A DNA stretch of 50,125 bases. Origin: Chiloscyllium plagiosum. Taxonomy: Eukaryota. A program made the translations under genes and the position numbers. The notes under the pieces were generated by a model. It had not been told where the DNA came from, did no database searches, and saw only the letters and a list, made by a program, of their open reading frames with translations. Shown here piece by piece: positions 34,970 to 49,269 of the stretch; position 1 is the stretch's first letter, and the number at the start of each line of letters is the position of its first letter. Where the stretch lies: contig NC_057719.1 of NCBI RefSeq assembly GCF_004010195.1, positions 57,915,908 to 57,966,032 of the forward strand. Reading direction: 5' to 3'.

Positions 34970-36700
34970 TAAAATCCACAGGCATTATGGCACAAATAAG
35001 AATCATTCAGTTCATCATGTCTGTACAAGCTGAATAAACTGGTCACCCATTCCAGCATCACCTTCTGCACCTAGTTCACAGACTTGCAAGTTACAGCAAT
35101 GCAGATGCAGATGCAGACTCCTTTTAAATAAGTTGAGAATCTCTCCTCAACCAACAAACTGGACAATGACTTCCAGATAACCACAAGCTATCGGGTGAAA
35201 GGTTCTTTTCATGTCTCCTTTAATCCTTCCACTGATCACCTCAAATCTGTGACCTCTGGCAATTGATTTTTTTGTTAGGGGTAATAGAACTTCTCAGATC
35301 ATTCTATCCAAGTCTTTCATTATTTTGACACTCCTCAGCCTTTAAATTAGAAGGAAAACAACCTTATTCTAACCGATCTTTCCTTGCAGCTGCAACTTTC
35401 AAGGCCTGGCAACATTCTTGTAAATCTTCTCTGTACTCTCTAGAGTAATTATGTACTTTTTGTCATCACATTACAAAAACTGTACAGAAAGTTCCAGCTG
35501 TTGGCTAACCAGAACCTTCTATAATATCAGCATTACCTTGCTGCTGTATTCAGTACCTCGTCCATTGAAGAAAAAGTATTCTAAATGCATTCTTTACTAC
35601 CTTGTCCAGCTATTCTGGCACCTTCAGGAATCTTTGAACATCCAGTCAAAAGTCTCTCACTTTCTCTACTACTCTCAAAATCATCTTGTTTATTGTGTGT
35701 TCTCTGAACTTTGTTCTCACCTTACACTTGATCTGGGTTTAATTCACCCATTCAACCTAACAAAGGATATCATCCTGGAGTAAATGACCATCCCCCTCAC
35801 TATCAGCTATATAGTCAATTTTTGTGACTAATTCTAAATCCTTAATACATACCACAACAGCATGGGATCCAACACTGAGGCCTGCGGAACACCAGTGGAA
35901 ACAAATTTCCATTTGGAAAAATATTGATTGACAATTACTCATGTTTTTCAGTCACCGAACCAAATTTAGGTCCAACTTGCCAGGTTGTTTGATGTATTCT
36001 ATAGTCTTTAATTTTTCTAAAGTCTGCCATGAGAACTTGTGAAGTGCCTTACTAAAATCACGTGGACAACATCAACTATCTCATCAATTCTTCTTTTCAC
36101 TTCCTCAAAAATTTCAATTAAAGTTGGTAGGATGGAGAAAAAAACATGCTGACTATCGATGATTGACACCATGCCTTTCTAAGTAATAGCAGAAAGTACT
36201 AATTCTAGCAATGTACCAACCATGAGGTCAAAATGACTAGCCTATAATTATTTGGTCTAACCCTCACACCCTTTTTCGATAATGATACAACATTCAGAGA
36301 CTTCCTACCCTTGATACCTTGCTTATATGAATTGAGGAGTGGAAAATAATTCTCAGAGCTTCTGCTATTTGCTTTCAGGTATTCTTAAACAGCCTAGGAC
36401 ACAATTCATTCGAACCTTGGGGAATTATCTACCTTTGAGGAGCAAAGTCCCTCAAGTGTTTTCCATCTCATTATCCTTATTTTACTGAATATTTCACAAT
36501 CTTCTTTAACTAGAATGTCTGCATGAACCTTTTCCTTTGTGAGGATAGATAAAGTGATCATTAAGAACCCTATCCACATATTCTACATTTGCACACAAGG
36601 TATCATGTACATCTGATTATCCTTCATTTTCCTTTGTCACTTTCTAGATCTTAATGTACTTAAAAAAGATATTTAGATTTTCCTAGAGTTTATCTGCTAA
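34970..36700 (-). mobile_element. Old CR1 LINE (RT region to 3' end)
   Basis: Minus strand ggttccgcaggcctcagtgttgggatcc (VPQ.SVLG) near 35865-35890; degraded C-terminal and tail sequence. Confidence 0.7.
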
Positions 36701-37459
36701 TGGAATGGAATTTAAGCGAGAAATGACAAAGGTATAATGTTATTACAGGAAAACAATGATTACTCAGTAAACCCTGCCTAAATTAACTATTGCCAAAATA
36801 TTATGGCTAGAGGCAATCTTTGGGTCACTTCAAATCGTTCACTATCTTCTATATCATTAGAGTCCTTCACCGTACTGTATTTCCTTGTCCAAAGGCAGCT
36901 TTTTATCATGACGGTCCCACTGCACAGCAAAGGTATGCAGTGCCCTTAAGTCACTATTGCAGGGGAGAGTAGATAAATAGTGTTTTGAAAATACCATCAA
37001 ATCTCTATGAATGAGAATTGTTGCTCAAGTTATGCCACTGGTTTGCTTACCAGGGGCTCAACTTGACCCATGGCCCTCAGTTCAAAACAGTCCAGTGTTG
37101 AACAGGGGTTTTTGAAAGGAGTCATCAGTCAAACACACAGAATTTAATTCTTGCCCAAACATCCTCTCATTTGTTTTGTAGTGGTGAAAGTTGGTGGTGG
37201 GTGGGGGTTGAATTTTAACTTAACAAAACTGTATTGTTTGGGTCTAGTGTGGAGAGCAGGGCTAAAGTCTTTAAAAATCAGTCTCCTGATAAAATATGTT
37301 CACTTCCATCTTTAAAGGATGCTAGAATTTAAGCAGCCAGACAATCTGTTTCTAGATTGTGAATTTTCCTGCACTAACATGCAGAGAGTGCGCGCGTAAA
37401 GATTGCATCATAGCCAATACTGGCTGCCATGACCAATTAAACAACCTTTCCACATATTC

Positions 37460-38234
37460 TCTGTTAAGTCCCTTAAAAATCTTGTATGTTTCAAACTCTC
37501 ATTCTTCTAAACTCCAACGAGTACAGGCCCACCCAACTTAATCTCTCTTCATAAGACAGTCCTTCTATGGGTGGATCAATCTAATCAACTTTCTCTGGAC
37601 TGCACCCAATATTAGCATATCTTTCCTTAAATAAGAAACCGAAACTGTTCACAGTATTCCAGCTATAGTCTGACGAGTGCTTGTATGGTTTTAAATAAAA
37701 ATCTCCCATTTCCTTTGAAATAATGGCCAGTTTCCTTTTGCCTTCTCTGTTACTTGCTGAACTTGTATGCTAGATGTTTTGTGATTTATGCATGAGGACT
37801 CCCAAAGTTTTCTCTTTTGTAGCTTTCTCCATGTAAATAATATTCAGCTCTTCTATTCTTCCTGCCAAAGTGGAACCTCACATTTACCACATTATATTCC
37901 ATCTGTCAAGTTATTGACTACTCACTTAACCTATCTATATCCCTCTGCAGACCTTTAAATTCATTTTCATTACTTGCATTCCTTCCTATTTTTGTGCCAT
38001 CTGCAATTTGGCATTAGTAAATTCACTTTCCTCATCCAAATCATGGATAAATAAGATAAGTAAATGTGGTCCCAGCACTTATCCCTGTGACACTCAGACT
38101 GCCATGCTGAAAATATCCCTCATCCCAACTTTCTGTCTTCAACTGGTTAGAAGTCCTCTGACTGTGCTTGATTTTATTATGTATTTCTAAACGATTTGCT
38201 ATTATTCTCAATAATACTCTATTCTCCCAAAAAC
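37460..38234 (-). mobile_element. Degraded CR1 LINE fragment
   Basis: Minus cacagggataagtgctgggacc (QG.VLG), aaatttgcagatggcacaaaa (KFAD.TK), atggaatataatgtggtaaatgtgagg. Confidence 0.75.
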
Positions 38235-38536
38235 AGATTAGATTAGATTACTTACAGTGTGGAAACAGGCCCTTCAGCCCAACAAGTCCACACCGACCCG
38301 CCGAAGCGCAACCCACCCAGACCAATTCCCCTTCATTTACCCCTTCAGCTAACACTATGGGCAATTTCGCATGGCCAATTCACCTAACCTGCACATTTTT
38401 GGACTGTGAGAGGAAACCCCCACAGACATGGGAAGAATGTGCAAACTCCACACAGTCAGTCGCCTGAGGTGGGAATTGAACCCGGGTCTCTGGCACTGTG
38501 AGGCAGCAGTGCTAACCACTGTGCCACCATGCCATC
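38235..38536 (-). mobile_element. HE1-type SINE
   Basis: (GATTA)n tail on the plus strand followed by the reverse-complement SINE body and head. Confidence 0.95.
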
Positions 38537-39786
38537 CACATGTTAGATGTTAAACTAATTTGCCTGGTTTCCTTGTTATCTACTTAATGTTAATAATAAG
38601 CAGGTAAATGCATGGCTCAAAGATTGGTGTGGGAGAAATGGGTTTAAATTCATGGGACATTGGCACCAATATGGGGAAGAAAGGACCTATTCCGATGAGA
38701 CAGTCTTCATCTGAATTTTGCTGGTATTAGGGTCCTAGTGAATTGCATAATTAGGGTGACAGTCAGGGCTTTCAAATAAATGGTGGGGTGGTATGGGTTC
38801 TGTTATGGGGAAATTAGAAAACCCAACTGGAAGGAGGAGGTAAGAGTGCAGGTTAACGATATGATAGATGGTTACCAGACAGAACAGGTGAATATCTTTA
38901 TGTACCAAGGAATTAGAAAAAAGTAGGGGAATTTAACAGTGGAACAAATTTAAAAGCTTTGTATATAAATGCACAAAGAATTTGAAGCAAAATTAATGAG
39001 TTAATAGTGCAAATAGAAACAAAAGGGTATGATTTGATAGCAAAAACGGAAGCATGGTTACAAGGAGACCAGGTCTGAGAATTGAATATCCACATGTACT
39101 CAGCATTTTGGAAGTATAGACTGAAAGGAAAAGGAGGTGATGTGGCCTTCCTCGTGTAGGAAGGGATCAGTGGTGTAATGAGAAATGACAAGTATGGCAG
39201 ATCAAGATGTGGACTCATTCTGGGAGATATAAGAAATAGCAAAGGGAAGAAATACTTGGTAGAAGTAGTCTTTAGGTCTCCAAACAGTAGTTCTACAATG
39301 GGGCACAGTATAAACCACGAAATATTAGAGGCTTGCAAGAAAGGTATGGCAACAATAAGGGTGATTTAAACATGCACGTAGAGTGGAAGAATCAAATTGG
39401 CAAGGGTAGCCTGGAGGCAGAGCTCATTGAATGCATTAGAGATTGTTTCTTGGAGCAGTATTTTGTGGAAACAACCAGGGAGCAGGCTACTCTGGATTTG
39501 ATATTGTGTAATGAGGAGACATTAATTGATGACATCATAGTTAAGGATCCTCTAGGGATCATAGTATGATAGAATTCAAAATTCAGTTTGGGGTGAGAAA
39601 GTGGAGTCCCACAGTAGTGTTCTAGAATTAAACAAAGGAAATTATATAGGCATGAGGACAGATTTGGCCTGAGTAGATTGGACAGCAAGGCAAAATGGTA
39701 AAACAGTGGATGAGCAGTGGCAGATGTTTAAGGGGCTACTCAATTCCTCACAAATAAAATATATCCCAGTGAGAAAGAAAGATGAA

Positions 39787-39811
39787 TGGGGCGGGGGGGG
39801 GGGGGGGGGGA
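39787..39811 (+). repeat. Poly-G tract
   Basis: tgggggcggggggggggggggggggag seen directly. Confidence 0.9.
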
Positions 39812-39940
39812 GAGAGGTGGTAAAAAAGATGAGACTAAACAAGGTGGTCAACGTTAATATAAAGTCAAAAACTAAGGTATAACATATTGCAAAGGCCAGT
39901 GGCAGGATGGAAGATTGGGAAACTTTCAAGCATAAATATT

Positions 39941-40275
39941 GGACGACATGGTGAATCAGTGGTTAGCACTGCTGCCTCACAGCACCAGGGACCCAGGGGT
40001 GATCAAATCCCGTCCCGGGGACTGTCTGTGTGGAGTTTGCACATTCTCCCCATGTCTGCGTGGGTTTCCTCCAAGCACTCCAGTTTCCTCCCATAATTCA
40101 AAAATGTGCAGGTTAAGGTGAATTGGCCATGCTAAATTACACATTGTGATTGGTGCATTAGTCAGGAGTAAATATAGGGTAGGTGAATGAGTCTGTGTGG
40201 GTTACTCTTTGGAGGGTTGGTGTGGGCTTGTTTGGCCGAAGGGCCTGTTTCCAAAGTGTACAGAATCTAATCTAA
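39941..40275 (+). mobile_element. HE1-type SINE nested in CR1
   Basis: cagtggttagcactgctgcctcacagcaccaggg...gggcctgtttcc...aatctaatctaa. Confidence 0.92.
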
Positions 40276-42199
40276 AGTGATACTAAAAAGTTAGTAAAAA
40301 ATGCTAAGGTAAATTGCAAAAGAAAACGAACATGAAATATCAAAAAAGATAGCAAAAGCTTCTATAGGCATATAAACGGAAAGCGAGTCATTAATGTGAA
40401 TGTTGGTCCCTTGGAAGGTGAACAAAGAGAGTTAATAGTGGGGAACACTGAGATGCTGAATCAATAATTTGCCTCAGTTTTCACAGTGGAGGACAATAGT
40501 ACCATTTCTGTTGGTACTGGCAATAGATAAGGTAGAACTTAGAACAATCAACATTGGATAGGGAAAAGGTACTAAGCAAACTATTAGATGGAGGACAGAG
40601 CACCTACATTGTAGGGTATTAAAGGAAGAGGCAGCGGAGACAACTGATCCATTGGTTACAATATTCCAAAATTCCCTGGACACAGAAAGGCTTCAATGGA
40701 TTGGTAAATGGCTAATATAATACCGTTATTCAAAAAGGGAGAGATGCAAAAGGTGGGAAATTACAGACCAGTTCATTTAACATTTGTTGTTGGGAAAGTG
40801 TTAGAATCAATTATCAAGAAAACAATATCAGGACATTTGGAAAGTCAAAATGTTATCCATCCAAGTCAGCATGGTTTTATGAAGGGCAAATCATGTTCGA
40901 CTAATTTGCTTAAGTTCTTCAAAGAAGTAACAAGCCACGTGGATATTGGAGATGCTGTAAATATAATTTATCCGGGCTTCTAGAAGGCATTTGATGAGGT
41001 GCCGCACAAAAGATTAAATCACAAGGTTGGATCATATGGGATTAGGGATAATTTATTAGCCTGGATAGATAACTGGCTGGTGATAGAAGACAGAGAGTCA
41101 GGATAAATATTTTTTTCTCTGGATGGCAAGATATAACAAAGTGGGGTGCCACAGGCTTCAGTCCTTGGACCCCAGCTATTTACAATCTACATTAATTACT
41201 TGGATACAGGGACAGAAGGCTCTAAAGACAAATTTGTAGATGATCCAAAAATAGTGGGGCGATAAATTGCAATGAGGAAATACAGATAGGTTAGGAGAAT
41301 GGGCCAAAATGTGGCAGATGGAGTTTAATGTGGATAAGTGCAAGGTCGAAAAAATGGGAAGGTGACCTATTATCTTAATGTGGAGAGACTTTGTTGTGCT
41401 CTGGTGCAGAAGGATCTAGGTGTCCTTGTTATGAGTCACAGAAAACTAACATGCAAGTACAGCAGATAATAAAGAAAGCGAATGGAATATTAAAGTACAG
41501 AAGTTTTGTTGCAACTATACAAGGTATTGGTGAGATAACACCTGGAGTATTGTGCACAGTTTTGATCCCTTTATTTGATGAAAAATGTAGCATTGAAGGC
41601 AGTTCAGAAGAGGTTCACTAGATTAATCCCAGAGGTAGTGAGTTTGTTGTGTGAACAGAGATTGAACAGTTTAGGAATATATTTTCTGGAAATTAGAAGA
41701 ATGAGGAGTGATCAATTGAGGTATTCAAGATGGTAAAAGGTGTGAATAAAATAAATGTGGAGCGGAGCTTCCTCTTGTGGGACATTCTACCAGGTCTTAG
41801 GGTGAGGGGCAGCAAATTTAAAACAGAGTTGAGGAGAAAGTACATCTCCCAAAGGGTTGTGAAACTGTGGAATTTGCTACCCCAAAGTGGAGTGGATATT
41901 GGGACAGTGAGTAAATTTAAGAAGGAGTTAGATAGATTTTTAATTGGTAATGGGTTGAAGGGATTTGGAGAGAAGGCAGGAAAATAGGGGTGAGGTGCAT
42001 ATCAGCCATGATCAAATGGTAGGGCAGACTCAATGGGCAGAATGGCCTAATTCTGCTTCTATATCTTATGAACTTATAATGTTGCTGGTTAATTCATCAA
42101 TGTTGTTCCAAATACTATGTGTATTCAACAGTCATCAATTTTGCATTTTTATCATTTTATCATTAGTTTAGAGCCCTCTTGACAGACTTAGTTACTCGA

Positions 42200-43100
42200 T
42201 TTGCCAGTACCCTGGTCCTAGCACGTTTCAATTGAAGTCCATCCACCTGGAACAATTCACTTGGCCACAGTATTGGTGCAAGTGTTCCATGACCTAAAAT
42301 CCATTCCATACACACTAGTCATTTAGTTATGCATATTGGTCCTTAACTTTATTTACCTTTGTCAGCTTTCCCTTGGGTCAGGTAAAAATCCCAAGACTGA
42401 TACATTGGAGGTTCTGCTTTCTAGTGTAATGTCTAACTGTTCAAAATCTTGAAGGAGAACCCAATTCCCAGCCCTACAAATATTGATGGTGTGAATGTGA
42501 ACAAAAACAAACTGGATCCTTCCCCTCTGTCTCAAGTTCTTATCTCGCCCAGAAGACATGTCCTTAACCTTGGCACTGGCAGGCAACACAGCTGTAAGAT
42601 TGTTGCGGAAAATAGTACCATAAGTATACTGTCCCCTACTACTACTAAATCCTCTTCACTGACACCCCTCCCCCAACACTTGAATGACTCCCCAAACTAA
42701 GTGGCCCGTTCGCTCATTTCCCTCTGCAATTCCCATTCTGGTTTGCAAAACTTGCAGGAACATTGTGACTAGTGCACAATTGCAGGGGCTGAGGCTACTC
42801 AAATGTAACCTCCTGGGTCCTCATACCTGCCTCACCTGAAATCACACCCTCCTGTCCCTGATCACAGACCAATTTTGAATTACTTACTTTGAAGAGTATG
42901 ATCACATTCTGGTGCTGAGGTAACTTGCCCCTTCCCTGGCGTGGTGCAATGTCTGCACCTCAGAATCCATCTCCTCAACTCAGATCTGAATTTACTCAGG
43001 CTGCAAACACTACAGATGTTTTTGCTCTGGATCACCTTGGTGTCCAGCACTTCCACATGTTGCAGCAGCAACACATCATCCACCCTGTCATCACTATCAC
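42200..43100 (-). mobile_element. Degraded CR1 ORF1 region
   Basis: Minus strand gtagtagtaggggacagtata (VVVGDSI) and tgttgcctgccagtgccaaggttaagg (CLP.A.V), esterase-like ORF1 motifs. Confidence 0.65.
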
Positions 43101-44179
43101 ATTTGATTTAATTTATAAGTTAATAACTCTAGATTCTGTGACCGTTACACTTTACTGAAGTGATATTGCACTTCCACAAAATATAAATAAAATTAGTCCC
43201 AATGTCAATCTATTTTTCACCAGTTTTGTTTTAAGAAAAGAGAGAAATAAACCCAAACTGAAGACTTTACTTTTACTTCAATATTCACCAGTCCTACTCA
43301 CCAAACAGCTTCTCTCATTGCACCTACCTCTTGCTGTGGTTTGTGTTGCCACTCCTCTGTTTACCTCATTGCAGATCACCTTTTATTCTCTCCCACTCAT
43401 CTCTTAGTCTGGAGATTATACTTCCAGTTAAAAAGTCTCTGTTCTCCTTTGTATAAATTTCAATTCCTCATTTAGACAAAGGAACTCAGATTCTTAAATT
43501 CCAACAGCCAGGATCAGACAACTACCTCCATTAATCAGGTTATTTAGCAACTTAAAGGATACTGTCCTAATCTGAACTTGAAAAGGACATACAGTACTAA
43601 CTGAATTTCTACTTTGAACCAAATTTTCAACAGTATAGTCAGTAACTCACTCAGTCTTCATCTCACTCTACCCCTCATACTGATCATGCTCAAAGAAGAA
43701 GTTGCTGGTTTGCTGCTTAATCCAGGGTACCAGTAGGGACTAGCTGACTGGCCCCAATAAGGGTATGCAGCTGGGTTTGAAATGCAGAAGGTGGGTTAAA
43801 GGAAGGTGTTGGTACTTCAGATAAGCACGAAATCTCTCAAATGAAGTTTACCTCTCCTGTCTGACCCCAAATCTCCCAGGAAGAGCTGAAGGGCTGTCTT
43901 CACACCCACCATCATTAAATCAGTCACTTGAGAGCCCCAGTTGAACTTAAGCATGGGTGGGCTATCCAGCACATTTAGTGTCCCCTTCACTGGGAGACAT
44001 AATAAGTTGAGTGGGTAAATGGCTGGCAAGCCGCTTGCTGTATTTTAAACCTGCCAGCAGGAAAACTGGAAAATTCTGCCCCATTGCTAAGTTACTGTGC
44101 AAAAGGAGTAGAAGGTTCAAGATTTCTCTTTGCAATATATTGGCATAATTGATACATACCTATCTGTAGGTATAATACT

Positions 44180-47100
44180 AAATCAGTGGAGAGGGGGATG
44201 GACTGTCAGGTAAACGTAGCACTGGCAGCCATGTTTCTGGTATTGAGACTTGCTCTACTGTAATAATGGATATTTCAGGTTCCAAGCTATTGTTTGCGAT
44301 AGGTGACTCTCTAGTCAGAGGCACAGATAGATATTTCCACAGCAGACAGCGAGACATCAGAGTGGTGTGTTGCCTCCCTTGTGCCAGGGTCAATGATGTC
44401 TCGGAGAGAGTGCAGAATATTCTCAAAGGGGAGAGTAACCAGGAAGAGGTCATTGGTACTAAAAACACACAAAGAGAAAGGGTTGAGGTTCTGAAAGGAG
44501 AATATAGGAAATGAGGCAGGAGGTTACAAGGTAGGTCCCCAGGATAGTAACGTCTGGATTACTCCCAGTACCACGTGCGAATGAGAGTAGCAATAGGAGG
44601 ATAGATCAGATCAGCACAGGGCTGAAGAGCTGTTGAAGGGCATGGGATTCACATTTGTGGATCATTGGTATCTCTTCTGGGTCAACATGACTTGTATAAG
44701 AAGGAGGGTTTGCACATGAATTGAAAGGAGACTAATATCCTGGTAGGAGATTTGCTCATGATACTTGGGAGGCTTTAAAACAGCATGCAAGGTGAACCCA
44801 AAGAGATAGTGAGAAAAGTGTTAAGTCTGAGGCTGCTAAGTTGAGAAGCCAAATAGTCAAGGCAGGCAACAGCAAGGCATAAAACAAGGTAAGACGATAA
44901 ATTAAACTGCATTTATTTCAATGCAACCGGCCTGACAGGTAAGGCAGATGAACTCAGGGCATGGTTGGGAACATGGGAACTGGGGATATCAGAGCTATTA
45001 CAGAAACGTAGCTCAGGGAAAGGTAGGACAGGCAGCTTAATGTTCCAGGGTATAGATGCTAAAGGAAGAACAGAAAGGGAGGTGGGGAGCAAGAGAGGAG
45101 TGGGAGTGAACTTTTGGATATGGATAATATTACAGCTGTACTTACGGAGGACATACCTGGGAGTGAGTTCAATGAAAATATTTGTGTGGAACTGAGAAAT
45201 AAGAAAGGGATGATCACCTGATTGGGATTGTCCTGTAGGCCCCCAATAGTCAGCAGGAAATTGAGAAGCACATTTGTAAGGACAGCTTAGATATCTGTAA
45301 GAATGACAGGCTTGTAATGGTAGGGCACTTTAATTTTCCAAGCAGAGACCAGGACTGCCATAGTGCTGAGGGCTTGAATGGAGAGGAATTTGATAAGTGT
45401 GTACAAGAAAATTTTCCAGTTCAGTATGTGGATGTACCCATTGGAGAAGGAGCAAAACTTGACCTACTCTTGGGAAATAAGGCAGGGCAAGTGACTGAGG
45501 TGGCAGTGGGTGAGCACTTTGGGGCCAGTGATTATAATTCTATTAGTTTTAAAATAGCTATGGAAAAGGATAGACCGATCTAAAAGTTAAAGTTCTAATT
45601 TGGAGTAAGGTCAATTTTGATGGTATTAGGCAAGAACTTTTAAAAATTGACTGGGAGAGGGTATTCGCAGGTAAAGGAATGGTTGGAAAGTGGGAGACTT
45701 TCAAAAATGAGATAACGAGAGTCTCGAGGTAATATGTTCCTATTGATGTGAAGGGTAAGGCTGACAGGTGTAGAGAATACTGGATGACTAGAGAAATTGA
45801 GGTGCTGTCAAGGAAAAGGAGGAGGAACATGGCAGGTATAGACATCTGGGATTAAGTGACTCCCTCTGAGTATAAGGGCAGAAGGAGTATACGCAAGAGG
45901 GAAATTTAAAAGGGCGAAAACTGGACATGAGATAGCTTTGACAAATAGGGTTAAGGAGAATCCAAGGAGATTCTATAAATACACTAAAGGCAAAAGAATA
46001 ACTGAGGAGAGAATTGGGCTTCTTAAAGCTCAACAAGACAGCACGTATGGAACCTCAGAAGATGGGTGAGATATTAAATGAGTATTATGCATCAATTTAC
46101 TGTGGAGAAGGGTGTGGAAATTAGAAAACTTTGAAAAATAAAGATATCTTGAAAAGTGTTCATATTACAGTCGTGATGGTGCTTGATGTCTTAAAATGCA
46201 TAAAAGTGCATATATCAAAGGGACCCAATTATGTGTATCCCAGAACTTTGTGGGAAGCTAGGAAAATGATTGCTGAGACCTTTGCTGAGATATTTGTATC
46301 ACTGATTGCCACAGATGAGATGCCAGAAGACTGCATGGAGGCTTATATGGTGTCATTATTTAAGAAAGGTAGAAAGGAAAAGCCAGGGAACTATAGACCA
46401 GTGAACCTGATGTCAGTGGTGGGTGAGTTGTTGGAGGGGATTCTGACGGACAGGATTTATATGTATTCAGAAAGGCAAGGACAGTTTAGGGATAGTCCAC
46501 ATGGCTTTGCATGTGGGAAACTGTTTCACAAACTTAATTAACTTTCTTGAAGAAGTGACAAATAATATTGATGAAGGTAGAGCAGTGGATGTTGTCTATA
46601 TGGACTTCAGGAAGGTGTTGGACAAGGTTCCACATGATAGACTGGTTAGCAAGGTTAGATCACATGAATCCAGGGAGAGCTAGCCATTTGGATACAAAAT
46701 TGGCTTGAAGATAGCAGGCAGAGGGTGGTGGTGAAGGGTTGTTTCTCGGACTGGTGACTAGTATGCCGTAAGGGTCGATACTGGGGCCACTTTTTTTTAT
46801 CATTTATATAAATGATTTAGATGTGAATGTAAGAGGCATGGTTAGTAAGTTTGCAGATGACACCGAAATTGGTGGTGTAGTGAGTAGTGAAGAAGGTTAC
46901 CTCTGCGTATAACTGGACCTTGATCAGATGGACTAATGGGTTGTGGAGTGACAGATGATATTTAATTTAGATAAATGAAAGGTGCTGCATTTTGGAAAGG
47001 CAAATCAGGGCAAGATTTATACATGTAATGGTAAGGTTCTGGAGAGTGTTGCCAAACAAAGAGGTGGGGTGCAGGTTCACAATTCGTTGAAGGTTCACAG

Positions 47101-47757
47101 GTATACAGGCTAGTGAAGAATGCGTTTGTAATGCTTGTCTTTATTGGTTAGTGCATTGAGTGTAGGAGTAGGAAAGTCATGTTGTGTCTGTACAGGATTT
47201 TGGTTAGGCTACTTTTGGAATACTGTGTACATTTCTGGTCTCCCTGCTATAAGAAAAATGTTGTTATGATTGAAAGGGTGCAGAAAAGATTTACAAGGAT
47301 GTTGCAAGGGTCAGAGGGTTTGAGCTACAGGGAGAGGCTGAGTAGCTGGGGCTATTTTCCCTGGAGCGTCAGAGAGTGAAGGGTGACCTTACGGAGGTTT
47401 ATAAAATCATGAGGGGCATGGATAGGATGAATATCCAAAGTCCTTTTCCCAGGAGAGGGGAGTCCAAAACTAAACAGCATAGGTTTAAGGTGAGAAGGTA
47501 AAGATATAAAAGGAACCTAAGGGCAACGTTTTCACACAGAGGGTGGTGCATATATGGAATGAGCTACTAGAAGACGTGGTGGACACTGGAACAATTACAA
47601 CATTTAAAAGGCATCTGGATGGGTACATGAATATGAAGGGTTTACAGGGATATGGACCAAATGCTGGCAAATGTGACTAGATTAATTTAGGAGATCTGAT
47701 CAGCAGGAATGAGTTGAACCAAAGGGTCTCTTTCTGTGCTGTAGAATTCTATGACTT
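44180..47757 (+). mobile_element. Long CR1 LINE with SGNH-esterase ORF1 part and nearly complete degraded ORF2
   Basis: AIGDSLVRGTDRYF...VCCLPCARVNDV (ORF1); LNCIYFNA, VGHFNFP, NYRPVNLMSVVG, VDVVYMDFRKVLDKVPH, KFADDT, LLEYCVHFWSP; tail ttctatgact. Confidence 0.94.
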
Positions 47758-47949
47758 ACAAGTTTTGTGAATTGCTTTTGTACATTTTTGATCCTTTGAA
47801 AATTTCATGATTGAACAACTAAAAATTTGTCCAGCTATTGTAGAGTATTCTGAACTTTTAAGTGTCTTTTACGCATCATCCTTATGCCTCTTATTTTACA
47901 GTTTTCATGTTGATTTTATAAAGTGAAAGCTCTCTGTCGGAAGCTCACT

Positions 47950-48400
47950 GGGCTGTAGTTTTATTTACTGGACCTGCTGGGAGCCAATGGGATCCATATG
48001 CCATGGGAACCCCAGAAACTGCAACTTCACAAATGCCCACAGTGGGCAAGTGACACCTTCTACGTTCTCCCGATTGGCAGACTTTGTTTCCAGTTAATGA
48101 CATAGGACGATTTAATAAACTGTCAGGGTGGAGGCACAATGTTGATGCTGGCAGAAGAGAAAGGGTCAATTGTATGGGCTGTTTCTAGGATAGTTGGTAG
48201 CAGAGATTGGAAACCTTGTGAAATCAGAAGCCTCACCGAGGTGTTAGAGTTCAGGTTGAGGGTGACCTCAAAAATCTCATGTGGAATATTACTGGGTGAT
48301 GGTGGCTGATTGCAGGGATTGCTGAGGAAGGTACACCAGATCCAGGAGTAAATGTATTTGTGAAACTTCCTAGATGCCATCTGCAATGGAACCAAACCCA
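47950..48400 (-). mobile_element. Possible very old PIF/Harbinger transposase remnant
   Basis: Scattered PGS.., G.P...L..PRN and ASTR-like codons on the minus strand across frameshifts; weak. Confidence 0.25.
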
Positions 48401-48534
48401 CATTTAATTACTTTCTACATGCACATTATATTTATATGTTTGTGGAGACTGTACAATTAGTTGGGACCTACTGCACTTTAAATATTATACGGTTACAGAA
48501 GCAAATCATTTATAAAAGTAAGGGAAAATAAAGC

Positions 48535-48810
48535 CTTTAGGAAATAGGAATAGGACAAGGTCATTCAGCTTTTTGAGCTTGCTTCGTTATTCAAGATAAC
48601 AATGCCTGATCCTCTATCTCAGTCATATTCCTGCTTTCTCCCCATACCTTCTGCCATTAAAATCTAAAAAGATGTTTATTTCTTTCTTGAATTTCTTCAG
48701 TGACTTGGCCTCCATAGCCTTCTGTGAGAATGAATCCCAAAGGCTCCCCCCATTTGAGTGAAGAAACTTTGCTTACCTCAGTCCTAAATGATTTACACCC
48801 TAACCTGAAA
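48535..48810 (-). mobile_element. CR1 LINE 3' tail
   Basis: taggaaataggaatagg...ttggcctccatagccttctgtg...gagtgaagaaactt. Confidence 0.75.
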
Positions 48811-49269
48811 ATCAAGCAATGGTCTGGAAACTGAAAATGAGAGCCATTTTACCACACTTTCCCAATATTCCCTGATTAAACAACAGTTAAATCCTGACCT
48901 CACCCATGATTGTGAACAACAATTATACCTGGTGGTATTAAAATGATACAGTTTGCTGACAGCAGCAGAATAATACTCTACTCTTTTAAAATATTTTTAA
49001 AAATACATTATTTTCTATGTTAAGCAGCATTTCACTTAGCTTGTAGGGAAATATAAAAAGAGGGTGCACAATTTTTCCTCTTGGTTAGGCACCTAGTATT
49101 GTGACCACTTCCATGTCTTGTCTCACTCAATAGCAATAAGTAGTCACAGCACAAGATTCCCATTGGGAAATTGGTCCTGGCATAGAGGTGCCAGTTTGGG
49201 TACGAGTTTCAATGCAGAGCACCACAGAGCACAGATGGTCTCTTGAGAATCCTCAGATGGCACCAGTGA

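Larger units (their letters stand above)
38590..42075 (+). mobile_element. Long CR1 LINE (ORF1 end, APE endonuclease, RT, 3' tail), pseudogenised
   Basis: LKALYINAQ start; ANIIPLFKKG...NYRPV.LT.VVGKVLESII; SQHGFMKGKSCSTNL; KFVDD; stops and frameshifts throughout. Confidence 0.93.

Noticed and set aside
38590..47757. Active CR1 elements or a domesticated RT/esterase gene
   Set aside because: Both long copies have numerous stops and frameshifts, and one carries a SINE insertion.
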